A stretch of 64,000 bases of DNA from Eledone cirrhosa (GCA_964016885.1 OZ024741.1:9362001-9426000), one strand, 5' to 3'; positions 41,323-57,020 are shown, counted from the stretch's first letter. The notes: generated by a model not told the origin, from the letters alone. Program-made: numbers and translations.

Positions 41323-44300
41323 TTGAAACTAAAGGTATGAGAATGTTGAAACTAAAGGTACCACAGTGTTGAAACTAAAGGTACCACAATGTTGAAACTA
41401 AAGGAATATAGTGATGTAACTAAATGTACCATAGAGTTGAAACTAAAGGTACCACAGTGTTGAAACTAAAGGTACCACATTGTTGAAACTAAAGGTATAA
41501 CAGTTTTTAAACTAACGATACCACAGCGATGTAACTCAATGTACCAGAGTGTTGAAACTAAAGGTACCACAGTGTTGAAACTAAAGGTACCACATTGTTG
41601 AAACTAAAGGTATCAGAATGTTGTAACTAAAGCTACCACAGTGTTGAAACTAAAGGTACCACAGTATTGAAACTAAAGGTATCAGAATGTTGTAACTAAA
41701 GGTACCACAGTGTTGAAACTAAACGTAACACACTGTTGAAATTAAAGATACCGCAGTGTTGTAACTAGAGATACCACAGTATTGAAACTAAAGATACCAC
41801 AATGTTGTAACTAAATGTACCACAGTGTTGAAACTAAAGGTATCAGAATGTTGAAACTAAAGGTACCACAGTGTTGTAACTAAAGATAACACAATGTTGT
41901 AACTACATGTACCACAGTTTTGAAACAAAAGGTATCCGAATGTTGAAGCTAAAGGTACCACAGTGTTGGTTGAAAATAAAGGTACCACAATATTGAAACT
42001 AAAGGTACCACAGTGTTGAAACTAAAGGTACCACAGTGTTGTAACTAAATGTGCCACAGTGATGAAACTAAATGTAGCACAGTGTTGAAATTTAAGGTAC
42101 CACAGTGTTGAAACTAAATGTGCCACAGTGTTGAAACTAAAGATATCAGAGTGTTGAAACTAAAGGTATAACAGTTTTGAAACTTAAGGTACCATAGTGT
42201 TGAAACTAAAGGTACCACAGTGTTGAAACTAAAGGTACCACAGTGATGTAACTAAATGTACCAGAGCGTTGAAACTAAAGGTACCACAGTGTTGTTACTA
42301 GAGGAACCAAAGTGTTGAAACTAAAGATACCACAATGTTGTAACTAAATGAACCACAGCCTTGAAACTAAAAGTATCAGAATGTTGAAACTAAAGGTACC
42401 ACAGTGTTGAAACTAAAGGTACCACAATGTTGAAACTAAAGGAACCATAGTGATGTAACTAAAGGTACCATAGAGTTGAAACTAAAGGTACCACAGTGTT
42501 GAAACTAAAGGTACCACATTGTTGAAACAAAAGGTATAACAGTTTTTAAACTAAAGATACCACAGTGATGTAACACAATGTACCAGAGTGTTGAAACTAA
42601 AGGTACCACAGTGTTGAAACTAAAGGTACCACATTGTTGAAACTAAAGGTATCAGAATGTTGTAACTAAAGGTACCACAGTGTTGAAACTAAAAGTATCA
42701 GAATGTTGTAACTAAAGGTACCACATTGTTGAAACTAAAGGTACCGCAGTGTTGAAAATAAAGGTAGCACAGTGTTGAAACTAAGGGTATCAGAATGTTG
42801 TAACTAAAGGTACCACAGCGTTGAAACTAAAGGTACCACAGTGTTGAAACTAAAGGAATCAGAATGTTGTAACTAAAGGTACCACAGCGTTGAAACTAAA
42901 GGTATGAGAATGTTGAAACTAAAGGTACCACAGTGTTGAAACTAAAGGTACCACAATGTTGAAACTAAAGGAATATAGTGATGTAACTAAAGGTACCATA
43001 GAGTTGAAACTAAAGGTACCACAGTGTTGAAACTAAAGGTACCACATTGTTGAAACTAAAGGTATAACAGTTTTTAAACTAACGATACCACAGCGATGTA
43101 ACTCAATGTACCAGAGTGTTGAAACTAAAGGTACCACAGTGTTGAAACTAAAGGTACCACATTGTTGAAACTAAAGGTATCAGAATGTTGTAACTAAAGC
43201 TACCACAGTGTTGAAACTAAAGGTACCACAGTATTGAAACTAAAGGTATCAGAATGTTGTAACTAAAGGTACCACAGTGTTGAAACTAAACGTAACACAC
43301 TGTTGAAATTAAAGGTACCGCAGTGTTGTAACTAGAGATACCACAGTATTGAAACTAAAGATACCACAATGTTGTAACTAAATGTACCACAGTGTTGAAA
43401 CTAAAGGTATAAGAATGTTGAAACTAAAGGTACCACAGTGTTGAAACTAAAGATAACACAATGTTGTAACTACATGTACCACAGTTTTGAAACTAAAGGT
43501 ATCCGAATGTTGAAGCTAAAGGTACCACAGTGTTGGTTGAAAATAAAGGTACCACAATATTGAAACTAAAGGTACCACAGTGTTGAAACTAAAGGTACCA
43601 CAGTGTTGTAACTAAATGTGCCACAGTGATGAAACTAAATGTAGCACAGTGTTGAAATTTAAGGTACCACAGTGTTGAAACTAAATGTGCCACAGTGTTG
43701 AAACTAAAGATATCAGAGTGTTGAAACTAAAGGTATAACAGTTTTGAAACTTAAGGTACCACAGTGTTGAAACTAAAGGTACCACAGTGTTGAAACTAAA
43801 GGTACCACAGTGATGTAACTAAATGTACCAGAGCGTTGAAACCAAAGGTACCACAGTGTTGTTACTAGAGGAACCAAAGTGTTGAAACTAAAGATACCAC
43901 AATGTTGTAACTAAATGAACCACAGCCTTGAAACTAAAAGTATCAGAATGTTGAAACTAAAGGTACCACAGTGTTGAAACTAAAGGTACCACAATGTTGA
44001 AACTAATGGTACCATAGAGTTGAAACTAAAGGTACCACAGTGTTGAAACTAAAGGTACCACATTGTTGAAACAAAAGGTATAACAGTTTTTAAACTAAAG
44101 ATACCACAGTGATGTAACACAATGTACCAGAGTGTTGAAACTAAAGGTACCACAGTGTTGAAACTAAAGGTACCACATTGTTGAAACTAAAGGTATCAGA
44201 ATGTTGTAACTAAAGGTACCACAGTGTTGAAACTAAAAGTATCAGAATGTTGTAACTAAAGGTACCACATTGTTGAAACTAAAGGTACCGCAGTGTTGAA

Positions 44301-44447
44301 AATAAAGGTAGCACAGTGTTGAAACTAAGGGTATCAGAATGTTGTAACTAAAGGTACCACAGCTTTGAAACTAAAGGTACCACAGTGTTGAAACTAAAGG
44401 AATCAGAATGTTGTAACTAAAGGTACCACAGCGTTGAAACTAAAGGT
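41323..44447 (+). repeat. Tandem duplication, period 1567 bp (68 monomers), 2 copies
   Basis: GGTATGAGAA at 41334/42901 and GGAATATAG at 41403/42970. 1567 = 68x23+4-1. Second copy lacks one monomer near 44005. Confidence 0.85.
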
Positions 44448-47400
44448 ACCACAGTGTTGAAACTAAAGGTATCAGAATGTTGTAACTAAAGGTACCACAG
44501 TGTTGAAACTAAAGGTACCAGAGTGTTGAAACTAAAGGTAACAAAGTGTTGAAACTAAAGGTATCAGAATGGTGTAACTAAAGGTACCACAGTGTTGAAA
44601 CTAAAGGTACCACAGTGTTGAAACTAAAGGTACCACAGTGTTGAAACTAAAGGTATCAGAATGTTGTAACTAAAGGTACCACAGTGTTGAAACTAAAGGG
44701 ACCAGAGTGTTGAAAATAGAGGTAGCACAGTGTTGAAACTAAAGGTACCACAGTGTTGAAACTAAAGGTAACACAGTGTTGTAACTAAAGGTACCAAAGT
44801 GTTGAAACTAAAGGTACCGCAGTGCTGTACCTAGAGGTACCACAGTATTGAAACTAAAGGTACCACAATGTTGTAACTAAATGTACCACATTGTTGAATC
44901 TAAAGGTATGAGAATGTTGAAACTAAAGGTAACACAGTGTTGAAACTAAAGGTACCACAATGGTGTAACTAAAGGTACGACAGTGTTGAAACTAAATGTA
45001 CCACATTTTTGTAACTAAAGGTACCACAGTGTTGAAACTAATGGTACCACAGTGTTGTAACTAGAGGTACCACAGTGTTGAAACTAAAGATACCACAATG
45101 TTGTAACTAAAAGTACCACAGTGTTGAAACTAAAGGTATCACAGTGTTGAAACTAAATTTACCACAGTGATCTAACGAAAGGTACCACAGTGTTGAAACT
45201 AAGGGTACCACAGTGTTGAAACTAAACGTACCACAGTGTTGAAACTAAAGGTACCACAGTGCTGTAACTAAATGTACCACAATGTTGAAACTAAAGATAC
45301 CACAATGTTGTAACTAAAGGTACCACAGTGTTGAAACTAAAGGTATCAGAATGTTGAAACTAAAGGTGCCACAGTATTGTAACTAGAGGAACCACAGTGT
45401 TGAAACTAAAGATACTACAACGTTGTAACTAAATGTACCACAGTGTTTAAACTAAAGGTATCACAGTGTTGTAACTAAAGGTACCACAGTGATCTAATTA
45501 AAGGTTCCACAATGTTGAAACTAAGGGTACCACAGTGTTGAAACTAAAGGTACCACACTGTTGAAACTAAACGTAACACAGTGTTGAAATTAAAGGTACC
45601 GCAGTGTTGTAACTAGAGGTACCACAGTATTGAAACTAAAGATACCACAATGCTGTAACTAAATGTACTACAGTGTTGAAACTAAAGGTATCAGAATGTT
45701 GAAACTAAAGGTACCACAATTTGAAACTAAAGATACCACAATGTTGTAACTAAATGTACCACAGTTTTGAAACTAAAGGTATCAGAATGTTGAAGCTAAA
45801 GGTACCACAGTGTTGGTTGAAAAAAAAGGTACCACAATATTGTAACTAAAGGTACCACAGTGTTGAAACAAAAGGTACCACAGTGTTGTAACTAAATGTG
45901 CCACAGTGCTGAAACTAAAGGTAGCACAGTGTTGAAATTTAAGGTACCACAGTGTTGAGACTAAATGTGCCACAGTGTTGAAACTAAAGATATCAGAGTG
46001 TTGAAACTAAAGGTATAACAGTTTTCAAACTAAAGGTACCACAGTGTTGAAACTAAAGGTACCACAGTGTTGAAACTAAAGGTACCACAGTGATGTAACT
46101 AAATGTACCAGAGCGTTGAAACTAAAGGTATCAGAATGTTGAAACTAAAGGTACCACAGTGTTGAAACTAAAGGTACCACAATGTTGAAACTAAAGGAAC
46201 CATTGTGATGTAACTCAAGGTACCATTGAGTTGAAACTAAAGGTACCACAGTGTTGAAACTAAAGGTACCACATTGTTGAAACTAAAGGTATCAGACTGT
46301 TGTAAGTAAAGGTACCACAGTGTTGAAACTAAAGGTACCACAGTGTTGAAACTAAAGGTATCAGAATGTTGTAACTAAAGGTACCACAGTGTTGAAACTA
46401 AAAGTATCAGAATGTTGTAACTAAAGGTACCACAGTGTTGTTACTAGAGGAACCAAAGTGTTGAAACTAAAGATACCATAATGTTGTAACTAAATGAACC
46501 ACAGCCTTGAAACTAAAAGTATCAGAATGTTGAAACTAAAGGTACCACAGTGTTGAAACTAAAGGTACCACAATGTTGAAACTAAAGGAACCATAGTGAT
46601 GTAACTAAAGGTACCATAGCGTTGAAACTAAAGGTACCACAGTGTTGAAACTAAAGGTACCACATTGTTGAAACTAAAGGTATAACAGTTTTTAAACTAA
46701 AGATACCACAGTGATGTAACACAATGTACCAGAGTGTTGAAACTAAAGGTACCACAGTGTTGAAACTAAAGGTACCACATTGTTGAAACTAAAGGTATCA
46801 GAATGTTGTAACTAAAGGTACAACAGTGTTGAAACTTAAGATACCACAGTGTTGAAACTAAAGGTATCAGAATGTTGTAACTAAAGGTACCACAGTGTTG
46901 AAACTAAAAGTATCAGAATGTTGTAACTAAAGGTACCACATTGTTGAAACTAAAGGTACCGCAGTGTTGAAAATAAAGGTAGCACAGTGTTGAAACTAAG
47001 GGTATCAGAATGTTGTAACTAAAGGTACCAGAGCGTTGAAACTAAAGGTACCACAGTGTTGAAACTAAAGGTATCAGAATGTTGTAACTAAAGGTACCAG
47101 AGTGTTGAAACTAAAGGTAACAAAGTGTTGAAACTAAAGGTATCAGAATGGTGTAACTAAAGGTACCATAGTGTTGAAACTAAAGGTACCACAGTGTTGA
47201 AACTAAAGGTACCACAGTGTTGAAACTAAAGGTATCAGAATGTTGTAACTAAAGGTACCACAGTGTTGAAACTAAAGGGACCAGAGTGTTGAAAATAGAG
47301 GTAGCACAGTGTTGAAACTAAAGGTACCACAGTGTTGAAACTAATGGTAACAGAGTGTTGAAACTAAAGGTACCACAGTGTTGAAACTAAAGGTAACACA

Positions 47401-50400
47401 GTGTTGTAACTAAAGGTACCACAATGTTGAAACTAAAGATACCACATTGTTGAAACTAAAGGTACCAAAGTGTTGAAACTAAAGGTACCGCAGTGCTGTA
47501 CCTAGAGGTACCACAGTATTGAAACTAAAGGTACCACAATGTTGTAACTAAATGTACCACATTGTTGAAACTAAAGGTATGAGAATGTTGAAATTAAGGT
47601 AACACAGTGTTGAAACTAAAGGTACCACAATGTTGTAACTAAAGGTACGACAGTGTTGAAACTAAATGTACCACATTGTTGTAACTAAAGGTACCACAGT
47701 GTTGAAACTAATGGTACCACAGTGTTGTAACTAGAGGTACCACAGTGTTGAAACTAAAGATACCACAATGTTGAAACTAAAGGTATCAGAATGTTGTAAC
47801 TAAAGGTACCACAGTGTTGAAACTTAAGGTACCACAGTGTTGAAACTAAAGGTATCAGAATGTCGTAACTAAAGGTACCACAGTGTTGAAACTAAAAGTA
47901 TCAGAATGTTGTAACTAAAGGTACCACATTGTTGAAACTAAAGGTACCGCAGTGTTGAAAATAAAGGTAGCACAGTGTTGAAACTAAGGGTATCAGAATG
48001 TTGTAACTAAAGGTACCACAGAGTTGAAACTAAAGGTACCACAGTGTTGAAACTAAAAGTATCAGAATGTTGTAACTAAAGGTACCACAGTGTTGAAACT
48101 AAAGGTACCAGAGTGTTGAAACTAAAGGTACCAAAGTGTTGAAACTAAAGGTATCAGAATGGTGTAACTAAAGGTACCACAGTGTTGAAACTAAAGGTAT
48201 CAGAATGTTGTAACTAAAGGTACCACAGTGTTGAAACTAAAGGTACCAGAGTGTTGAAACTAAAGGTACCAAAGTGTTGAAACTAAAGGTATCAGAATGG
48301 TGTAACTAAAGGTACCACAGTGTTGAAACTAAAGGTACCACAGTGTTGAAACTAAAGGTACCACAGTGTTGAAACTAAAGGTATAAAAATGTTGTAACTA
48401 AAGGTACCACAGTGTTGAAACTAAAGGACCAGAGTGTTGAAAATAGAGGTAGCACAATGTTGAAACTAAAGGTACCACAGTGTTGAAACTAATGGTAACA
48501 GAGTGTTGAAACTAAAGGTACCACAGTGTTGAAACTAAAGGTAACACAGTGTTGTAACTAAAGGTACCACAATGTTGAAACTAAAGATACCACATTGTTG
48601 AAACTAAAGGTACCAAAGTGTTGAAACTAAAGGTACCGCAGTGCTGTACCTAGAGGTACCACAGTATTGAAACTAAAGGTATCACAATGTTGTAACTAAA
48701 TGTACCACAGTGTTGAAACTAAAGGTATGAGAATGTTGAAACTAAAGGTAACACAGTGTTGAAACTAAAGGTACCACAATGGTGTAACTAAAGGTACGAC
48801 AGTGTTGAAACTAAATGTACCACATTGTTGTAACTAAAGGTACCACAGTGTTGAAACTAAAGGTACCACAGTGTTGTAACTAGAGGTACCACAGTGTTGA
48901 AACTAAATATACCACAATGTTGTAACTAAAAGTACCACAGTGTTGAAACTAAAGTTATCACAGTGTTGAAACTAAATTTACCACAGTGATCTAACTAAAG
49001 GTACCACAGTGTTGAAACTAAGGGTACCACAGTGTTGAAACTAAACGTACCACAGTGTTGAAACTAAAGGTACCACAGTGTTGTAACTAAATGTACCACA
49101 ATGTTGAAACTAATGATACCACAATGTTGTAACTAAAGGTACCACAGTGTTGAAACTAAAGGTATCAGAATGTTGTAACTAAAGGTACCACATTGTTGAA
49201 ACTAAAGGTACCGCAGTGTTGAAAATAAAGGTAGCACAGTGTTGAAACTAAGGGTATCAGAATGTTGTAACTAAAGGTACCACAGCGTTGAAACTAAAGG
49301 TACCACAGTGTTGAAACTAAAGGAATCAGAATGTTGTAACTAAAGGTACCACAGCGTTGAAACTAAAGGTATGAGAATGTTGAAACTAAAAGTACCACAG
49401 TGTTGAAACTAAAGGTACCACAATGTTGAAACTAAAGGAATATAGTGATGTAACTAAAGGTACCATAGAGTTGAAACTAAAGGTACCACAGTGTTGAAAC
49501 TAAAGGTACCACATTGTTGAAACTAAAGGTATAACAGTTTTTAAACTAACGATACCACAGCGATGTAACTCAATGTACCAGAGTGTTGAAACTAAAGGTA
49601 CCACAGTGTTGAAACTAAAGGTACCACATTGTTGAAACTAAAGGTATCAGAATGTTGTAACTAAAGCTACCACAGTGTTGAAACTAAAGGTACCACAGTA
49701 TTGAAACTAAAGGTATCAGAATGTTGTAACTAAAGGTACCACAGTGTTGAAACTAAACGTAACACACTGTTGAAATTAAAGGTACCGCAGTGTTGTAACT
49801 AGAGATACCACAGTATTGAAACTAAAGATACCACAATGTTGTAACTAAATGTACCACAGTGTTGAAACTAAAGGTATCAGAATGTTGAAACTAAAGGTAC
49901 CACAGTGTTGAAACTAAAGATAACACAATGTTGTAACTACATGTACCACAGTTTTGAAACTAAAGGTATCCGAATGTTGAAACTAAAGGTACCACAGTGT
50001 TGAAACTAAAGATAACACAATGTTGTAACTACATGTACCACAGTTTTGAAACTAAAGGTATCCGAATGTTGAAGCTAAAGGTACCACAGTGTTGGTTGAA
50101 AATAAAGGTACCACAATATTGAAACTAAAGGTACCACAGTGTTGAAACTAAAGGTACCACAGTGTTGTAACTAAATGTGCCACAGTGATGAAACTAAATG
50201 TAGCACAGTGTTGAAATTTAAGGTACCACAGTGTTGAAACTAAATGTGCCACAGTGTTGAAACTAAAGATATCAGAGTGTTGAAACTAAAGGTATAACAG
50301 TTTTGAAACTTAAGGTACCACAGTGTTGAAACTAAAGGTACCACAGTGTTGAAACTAAAGGTACCACAGTGATGTAACTAAATGTACCAGAGCGTTGAAA

Positions 50401-53400
50401 CTAAAGGTACCACAGTGTTGTTACTAGAGGAACCAAAGTGTTGAAACTAAAGATACCACAATGTTGTAACTAAATGAACCACAGCCTTGAAACTAAAAGT
50501 ATCAGAATGTTGAAACTAAAGGTACCACAGTGTTGAAACTAAAGGTACCACAATGTTGAAACTAAAGGAACCATAGTGATGTAACTAAAGGTACCATAGA
50601 GTTGAAACTAAAGGTACCACAGTGTTGAAACTAAAGGTACCACATTGTTGAAACAAAAGGTATAACAGTTTTTAAACTAAAGATACCACAGTGATGTAAC
50701 ACAATGTACCAGAGTGTTGAAACTAAAGGTACCACAGTGTTGAAACTAAAGGTACCACATTGTTGAAACTAAAGGTATCAGAATGTTGTAACTAAAGGTA
50801 CCACAGTTTTGAAACTAAAAGTATCAGAATGTTGTAACTAAAGGTACCACATTGTTGAAACTAAAGGTACCGCAGTGTTGAAAATAAAGGTAGCACAGTG
50901 TTGAAACTAAGGGTATCAGAATGTTGTAACTAAAGGTACCACAGCTTTGAAACTAAAGGTACCACAGTGTTGAAACTAAAGGAATCAGAATGTTGTAACT
51001 AAAGGTACCACAGCGTTGAAACTAAAGGTACCACAGTGTTGAAACTAAAGGTATCAGAATGTTGTAACTAAAGGTACCACAGTGTTGAAACTAAAGGTAC
51101 CAGAGTGTTGAAACTAAAGGTAACAAAGTGTTGAAACTAAAGGTATCAGAATGGTGTAACTAAAGGTACCACAGTGTTGAAACTAAAGGTACCACAGTGT
51201 TGAAACTAAAGGTACCACAGTGTTGAAACTAAAGGTATCAGAATGTTGTAACTAAAGGTACCACAGTGTTGAAACTAAAGGGACCAGAGTGTTGAAAATA
51301 GAGGTAGCACAGTGTTGAAACTAAAGGTACCACAGTGTTGAAACTAAAGGTAACACAGTGTTGTAACTAAAGGTACCAAAGTGTTGAAACTAAAGGTACC
51401 GCAGTGCTGTACCTAGAGGTACCACAGTATTGAAACTAAAGGTACCACAATGTTGTAACTAAATGTACCACATTGTTGAAACTAAAGGTATGAGAATGTT
51501 GAAACTAAAGGTAACACAGTGTTGAAACTAAAGGTACCACAATGGTGTAACTAAAGGTACGACAGTGTTGAAACTAAATGTACCACATTGTTGTAACTAA
51601 AGGTACCACAGTGTTGAAACTAATGGTACCACAGTGTTGTAACTAGAGGTACCACAGTGTTGAAACTAAAGATACCACAATGTTGTAACTAAAAGTACCA
51701 CAGTGTTGAAACTAAAGGTATCACAGTGTTGAAACTAACTTTACCACAGTGATCTAACGAAAGGTACCACAGTGTTGAAACTAAGGGTACCACAGTGTTG
51801 AAACTAAACGTACCACAGTGTTGAAACTAAAGGTACCACAGTGCTGTAACTAAATGTACCACAATGTTGAAACTAAAGATACCACAATGTTGTAACTAAA
51901 GGTACCACAGTGTTGAAACTAAAGGTATCAGAATGTTGAAACTAAAGGTGCCACAGTATTGTAACTAGAGGAACCACAGTGTTGAAACTAAAGATACTAC
52001 AATGTTGTAAGTAAATGTACCACAGTGTTTAAACTAAAGGTATCACAGTGTTGTAACTAAAGGTACCACAGTGATCTAATTAAAGGTTCCACAATGTTGA
52101 AACTAAGGGTACCACAGTGTTGAAACTAAAGGTACCACACTGTTGAAACTAAACGTAACACAGTGTTGAAATTAAAGGTACCGCAGTGTTGTAACTAGAG
52201 GTACCACAGTATTGAAACTAAAGATACCACAATGCTGTAACTAAATGTACTACAGTGTTGAAACTAAAGGTATCAGAATGTTGAAACTAAAGGTACCACA
52301 ATTTGAAACTAAAGATACCACAATGTTGTAACTAAATGTACCACAGTTTTGAAACTAAAGGTATCAGAATGTTGAAGCTAAAGGTACCACAGTGTTGGTT
52401 GAAAAAAAAGGTACCACAATATTGTAACTAAAGGTACCACAGTGTTGAAACAAAAGGTACCACAGTGTTGTAACTAAATGTGCCACAGTGCTGAAACTAA
52501 AGGTAGCACAGTGTTGAAATTTAAGGTACCACAGTGTTGAGACTAAATGTGCCACAGTGTTGAAACTAAAGATATCAGAGTGTTGAAACTAAAGGTATAA
52601 CAGTTTTCAAACTAAAGGTACCACAGTGTTGAAACTAAAGGTACCACAGTGTTGAAACTAAAGGTACCACAGTGATGTAACTAAATGTACCAGAGCGTTG
52701 AAACTAAAGGTATCAGAATGTTGAAACTAAAGGTACCACAGTGTTGAAACTAAAGGTACCACAATGTTGAAACTAAAGGAACCATTGTGATGTAACTCAA
52801 GGTACCATTGAGTTGAAACTAAAGGTACCACAGTGTTGAAACTAAAGGTACCACATTGTTGAAACTAAAGGTATCAGACTGTTGTAAGTAAAGGTACCAC
52901 AGTGTTGAAACTAAATGTACCACAGTGTTGAAACTAAAGGTATCAGAATGTTGTAACTAAAGGTACCACAGTGTTGGTTGAAAATAAAGGTACCGCAATA
53001 TTGTAACTAAAGGTACCACAGTGTTGAAACTAAAGGTACCACAGTGTTGAAACTAAAGGTACCACAGTGATGTAACTAAATGTACCAGAGCGTTGAAACT
53101 AAAGGTACCACAGTGTTGTTACTAGAGGAACCAAAGTGTTGAAACTAAAGATACCATAATGTTGTAACTAAATGAACCACAGCCTTGAAACTAAAAGTAT
53201 CAGAATGTTGAAACTAAAGGTACCACAGTGTTGAAACTAAAGGTACCACAATGTTGAAACTAAAGGAACCATAGTGATGTAACTAAAGGTACCATAGCGT
53301 TGAAACTAAAGGTACCACAGTGTTGAAACTAAAGGTACCACATTGTTGAAACTAAACGTATAACAGTTTTTAAACTAAAGATACCACAGTGATGTAACAC

Positions 53401-55626
53401 AATGTACCAGAGTGTTGAAACTAAAGGTACCACAGTGTTGAAACTAAAGGTACCACATTGTTGAAACTAAAGGTATCAGAATGTTGTAACTAAAGGTACC
53501 ACAGTGTTGAAACTTAAGATACCACAGTGTTGAAACTAAAGGTATCAGAATGTTGTAACTAAAGGTACCACAGTGTTGAAACTAAAAGTATCAGAATGTT
53601 GTAACTAAAGGTACCACATTGTTGAAACTAAAGGTACCGCAGTGTTGAAAATAAAGGTAGCACAGTGTTGAAACTAAGGGTATCAGAATGTTGTAACTAA
53701 AGGTACCAGAGCGTTGAAACTAAAGGTACCACAGTGTTGAAACTAAAGGTATCAGAATGTTGTAACTAAAGGTACCAGAGTGTTGAAACTAAAGGTAACA
53801 AAGTGTTGAAACTAAAGGTATCAGAATGGTGTAACTAAAGGTACCATAGTGTTGAAACAAAAGGTACCACAGTGTTGAAACTAAAGGTACCACAGTGTTG
53901 AAACTAAAGGTATCAGAATGTTGTAACTAAAGGTACCACAGTGTTGAAACTAAAGGGACCAGAGTGTTGAAAATAGAGGTAGCACAGTGTTGAAACTAAA
54001 GGTACCACAGTGTTGAAACTAATGGTAACAGAGTGTTGAAACTAAAGGTACCACAGTGTTGAAACTAAAGGTAACACAGTGTTGTAACTAAAGGTACCAC
54101 AATGTTGAAACTAAAGATACCACATTGTTGAAACTAAAGGTACCAAAGTGTTGAAACTAAAGGTACCGCAGGGCTGTACCTAGAGGTACCACAGTATTGA
54201 AACTAAAGGTACCACAATGTTGTAACTAAATGTACCACATTGTTGAAACTAAAGGTATGAGAATGTTGAAATTAAGGTAACACAGTGTTGAAACTAAAGG
54301 TACCACAATGGTGTAACTAAAGGTACGACAGTGTTGAAACTAAATGTACCACATTGTTGTAACTAAAGGTACCACAGTGTTGAAACTAATGGTACCACAG
54401 TGTTGTAACTAGAGGTACCACAGTGTTGAAACTAAAGATACCACAATGTTGAAACTAAAGGTATCAGAATGTTGTAACTAAAGGTACCACAGTGTTGAAA
54501 CTTAAGGTACCACAGTGTTGAAACTAAAGGTATCAGAATGTCGTAACTAAAGGTACCACAGTGTTGAAACTAAAAGTATCAGAATGTTGTAACTAAAGGT
54601 ACCACATTGTTGAAACTAAAGGTACCGCAGTGTTGAAAATAAAGGTAGCACAGTGTTGAAACTAAGGGTATCAGAATGTTGTAACTAAAGGTACCACAGA
54701 GTTGAAACTAAAGGTACCACAGTGTTGAAACTAAAAGTATCAGAATGTTGTAACTAAAGGTACCACAGTGTTGAAACTAAAGGTACCAGAGTGTTGAAAC
54801 TAAAGGTACCAAAGTGTTGAAACTAAAGGTATCAGAATGGTGTAACTAAAGGTACCACAGTGTTGAAACTAAAGGTATCAGAATGTTGTAACTAAAGGTA
54901 CCACAGTGTTGAAACTAAAGGTACCAGAGTGTTGAAACTAAAGGTACCAAAGTGTTGAAACTAAAGGTATCAGAATGGTGTAACTAAAGGTACCACAGTG
55001 TTGAAACTAAAGGTACCACAGTGTTGAAACTAAAGGTACCACAGTGTTGAAACTAAAGGTATCAGAATGTTGTAACTAAAGGTACCACAGTGTTGAAACT
55101 AAAGGACCAGAGTGTTGAAAATAGAGGTAGCACAATGTTGAAACTAAAGGTACCACAGTGTTGAAACTAATGGTAACAGAGTGTTGAAACTAAAGGTACC
55201 ACAGTGTTGAAACTAAAGGTAACACAGTGTTGTAACTAAAGGTACCACAATGTTGAAACTAAAGATACCACATTGTTGAAACTAAAGGTACCAAAGTGTT
55301 GAAACTAAAGGTACCGCAGTGCTGTACCTAGAGGTACCACAGTATTGAAACTAAAGGTATCACAATGTTGTAACTAAATGTACCACAGTGTTGAAACTAA
55401 AGGTATGAGAATGTTGAAACTAAAGGTAACACAGTGTTGAAACTAAAGGTACCACAATGGTGTAACTAAAGGTACGACAGTGTTGAAACTAAATGTACCA
55501 CATTGTTGTAACTAAAGGTACCACAGTGTTGAAACTAAAGGTACCACAGTGTTGTAACTAGAGGTACCACAGTGTTGAAACTAAATATACCACAATGTTG
55601 TAACTAAAAGTACCACAGTGTTGAAA
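42696..55626 (+). repeat. Large imperfect tandem duplication, period ~6.5-6.7 kb
   Basis: GGAATATAG 42970/49437 (+6467), identical pseudo-ORFs 45782/52364 (+6582), AAAGGACCAGAG 48423/55101 (+6678). The offset grows through monomer-scale indels. Confidence 0.85.
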
Positions 55627-57020
55627 CAAAAGGTACCACAGTGTTGTAAATAAATGTGCCACAGTGCTGAAACTAAAGGTAGCACAGTGTTGAAATTTAA
55701 GGTACCACAGTGTTGAGACTAAATGTGCCACAGTGTTGAAACTAAAGATATCAGAGTGTTGAAACTAAAGGTATAACAGTTTTCAAACTAAAGGTACCAC
55801 AGTGTTGAAACTAAAGGTACCACAGTGTTGAAACTAAAGGTACCACAGTGATGTAACTAAATGTACCAGAGCGTTGAAACTAAAGGTATCAGAATGTTGA
55901 AACTAAAGGTACCACAGTGTTGAAACTAAAGGTACCACAATGTTGAAACTAAAGGAACCACAGCCTTGAAACTAAAAGTATCAGAATGTTGAAACTAAAG
56001 GTACCACAGTGTTGAAACTAAAGGTATCAGAATGTTGTAACTAAAGGTACCACAGTGTTGAAACTAAAGGGACCAGAGTGTTGAAAATAGAGGTAGCACA
56101 GTGTTGAAACTAAAGGTACCACAGTGTTGAAACTAAAGGTAACACAGTGTTGTAACTAAAGGGACCAGAGTGTTGAAAATAGAGGTAGCACAGTGTTGAA
56201 ACTAAAGGTACCACAGTGTTGAAACTAAAGGTAACACAGTGTTGTAACTAAAGGTACCGCAGTGTTGAAAATAAAGGTAGCACAGTGTTGAAACTAAGGG
56301 TATCAGAATGTTGTAACTAAAGGTACCACAGAGTTGAAACTAAAGATACCACAATGTTGTAACTAAATGTACCACAGTTTTGAAACTAAAGGTATCAGAA
56401 TGTTGAAGCTAAAGGTACCACAGTGTTGGTTGAAAAAAAAGGTACCACAATATTGTAACTAAAGGTACCACAGTGTTGAAACAAAAGGTACCACAGTGTT
56501 GTAACTAAATGTGCCACAGTGCTGAAACTAAAGGTAGCACAGTGTTGAAATTTAAGGTACCACAGTGTTGAGACTAAATGTGCCACAGTGTTGAAACTAA
56601 AGATATCAGAGTGTTGAAACTAAAGGTATAACAGTTTTCAAACTAAAGGTACCACAGTGTTGAAACTAAAGGTACCACAGTGTTGAAACTAAAGGTACCA
56701 CAGTGATGTAACTAAATGTACCAGAGCGTTGAAACTAAAGGTATCAGAATGTTGAAACTAAAGGTACCACAGTGTTGAAACTAAAGGTACCACAATGTTG
56801 AAACTAAAGGAACCACAGCCTTGAAACTAAAAGTATCAGAATGTTGAAACTAAAGGTACCACAGTGTTGAAACTAAAGGTATCAGAATGTTGTAACTAAA
56901 GGTACCACAGTGTTGAAACTAAAGGGACCAGAGTGTTGAAAATAGAGGTAGCACAGTGTTGAAACTAAAGGTACCACAGTGTTGAAACTAAAGGTAACAC
57001 AGTGTTGTAACTAAAGGTAC
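55605..57020 (+). repeat. Local partial duplication, offset 855 bp (37 monomers + 4 bp)
   Basis: GAGACTAAATG at 55715/56570, followed by the same run of variants (TTTTCAAAC, CAGAGCG, GGAACCACAGCC). Boundaries approximate. Confidence 0.75.

Noticed and set aside
45782-56586. Three identical 63-aa minus-strand ORFs (45782, 52364, 56395)
   Set aside because: Identity comes from segmental duplication of the same repeat stretch containing the 27-bp monomer. There is no recognisable domain, promoter or unique context.
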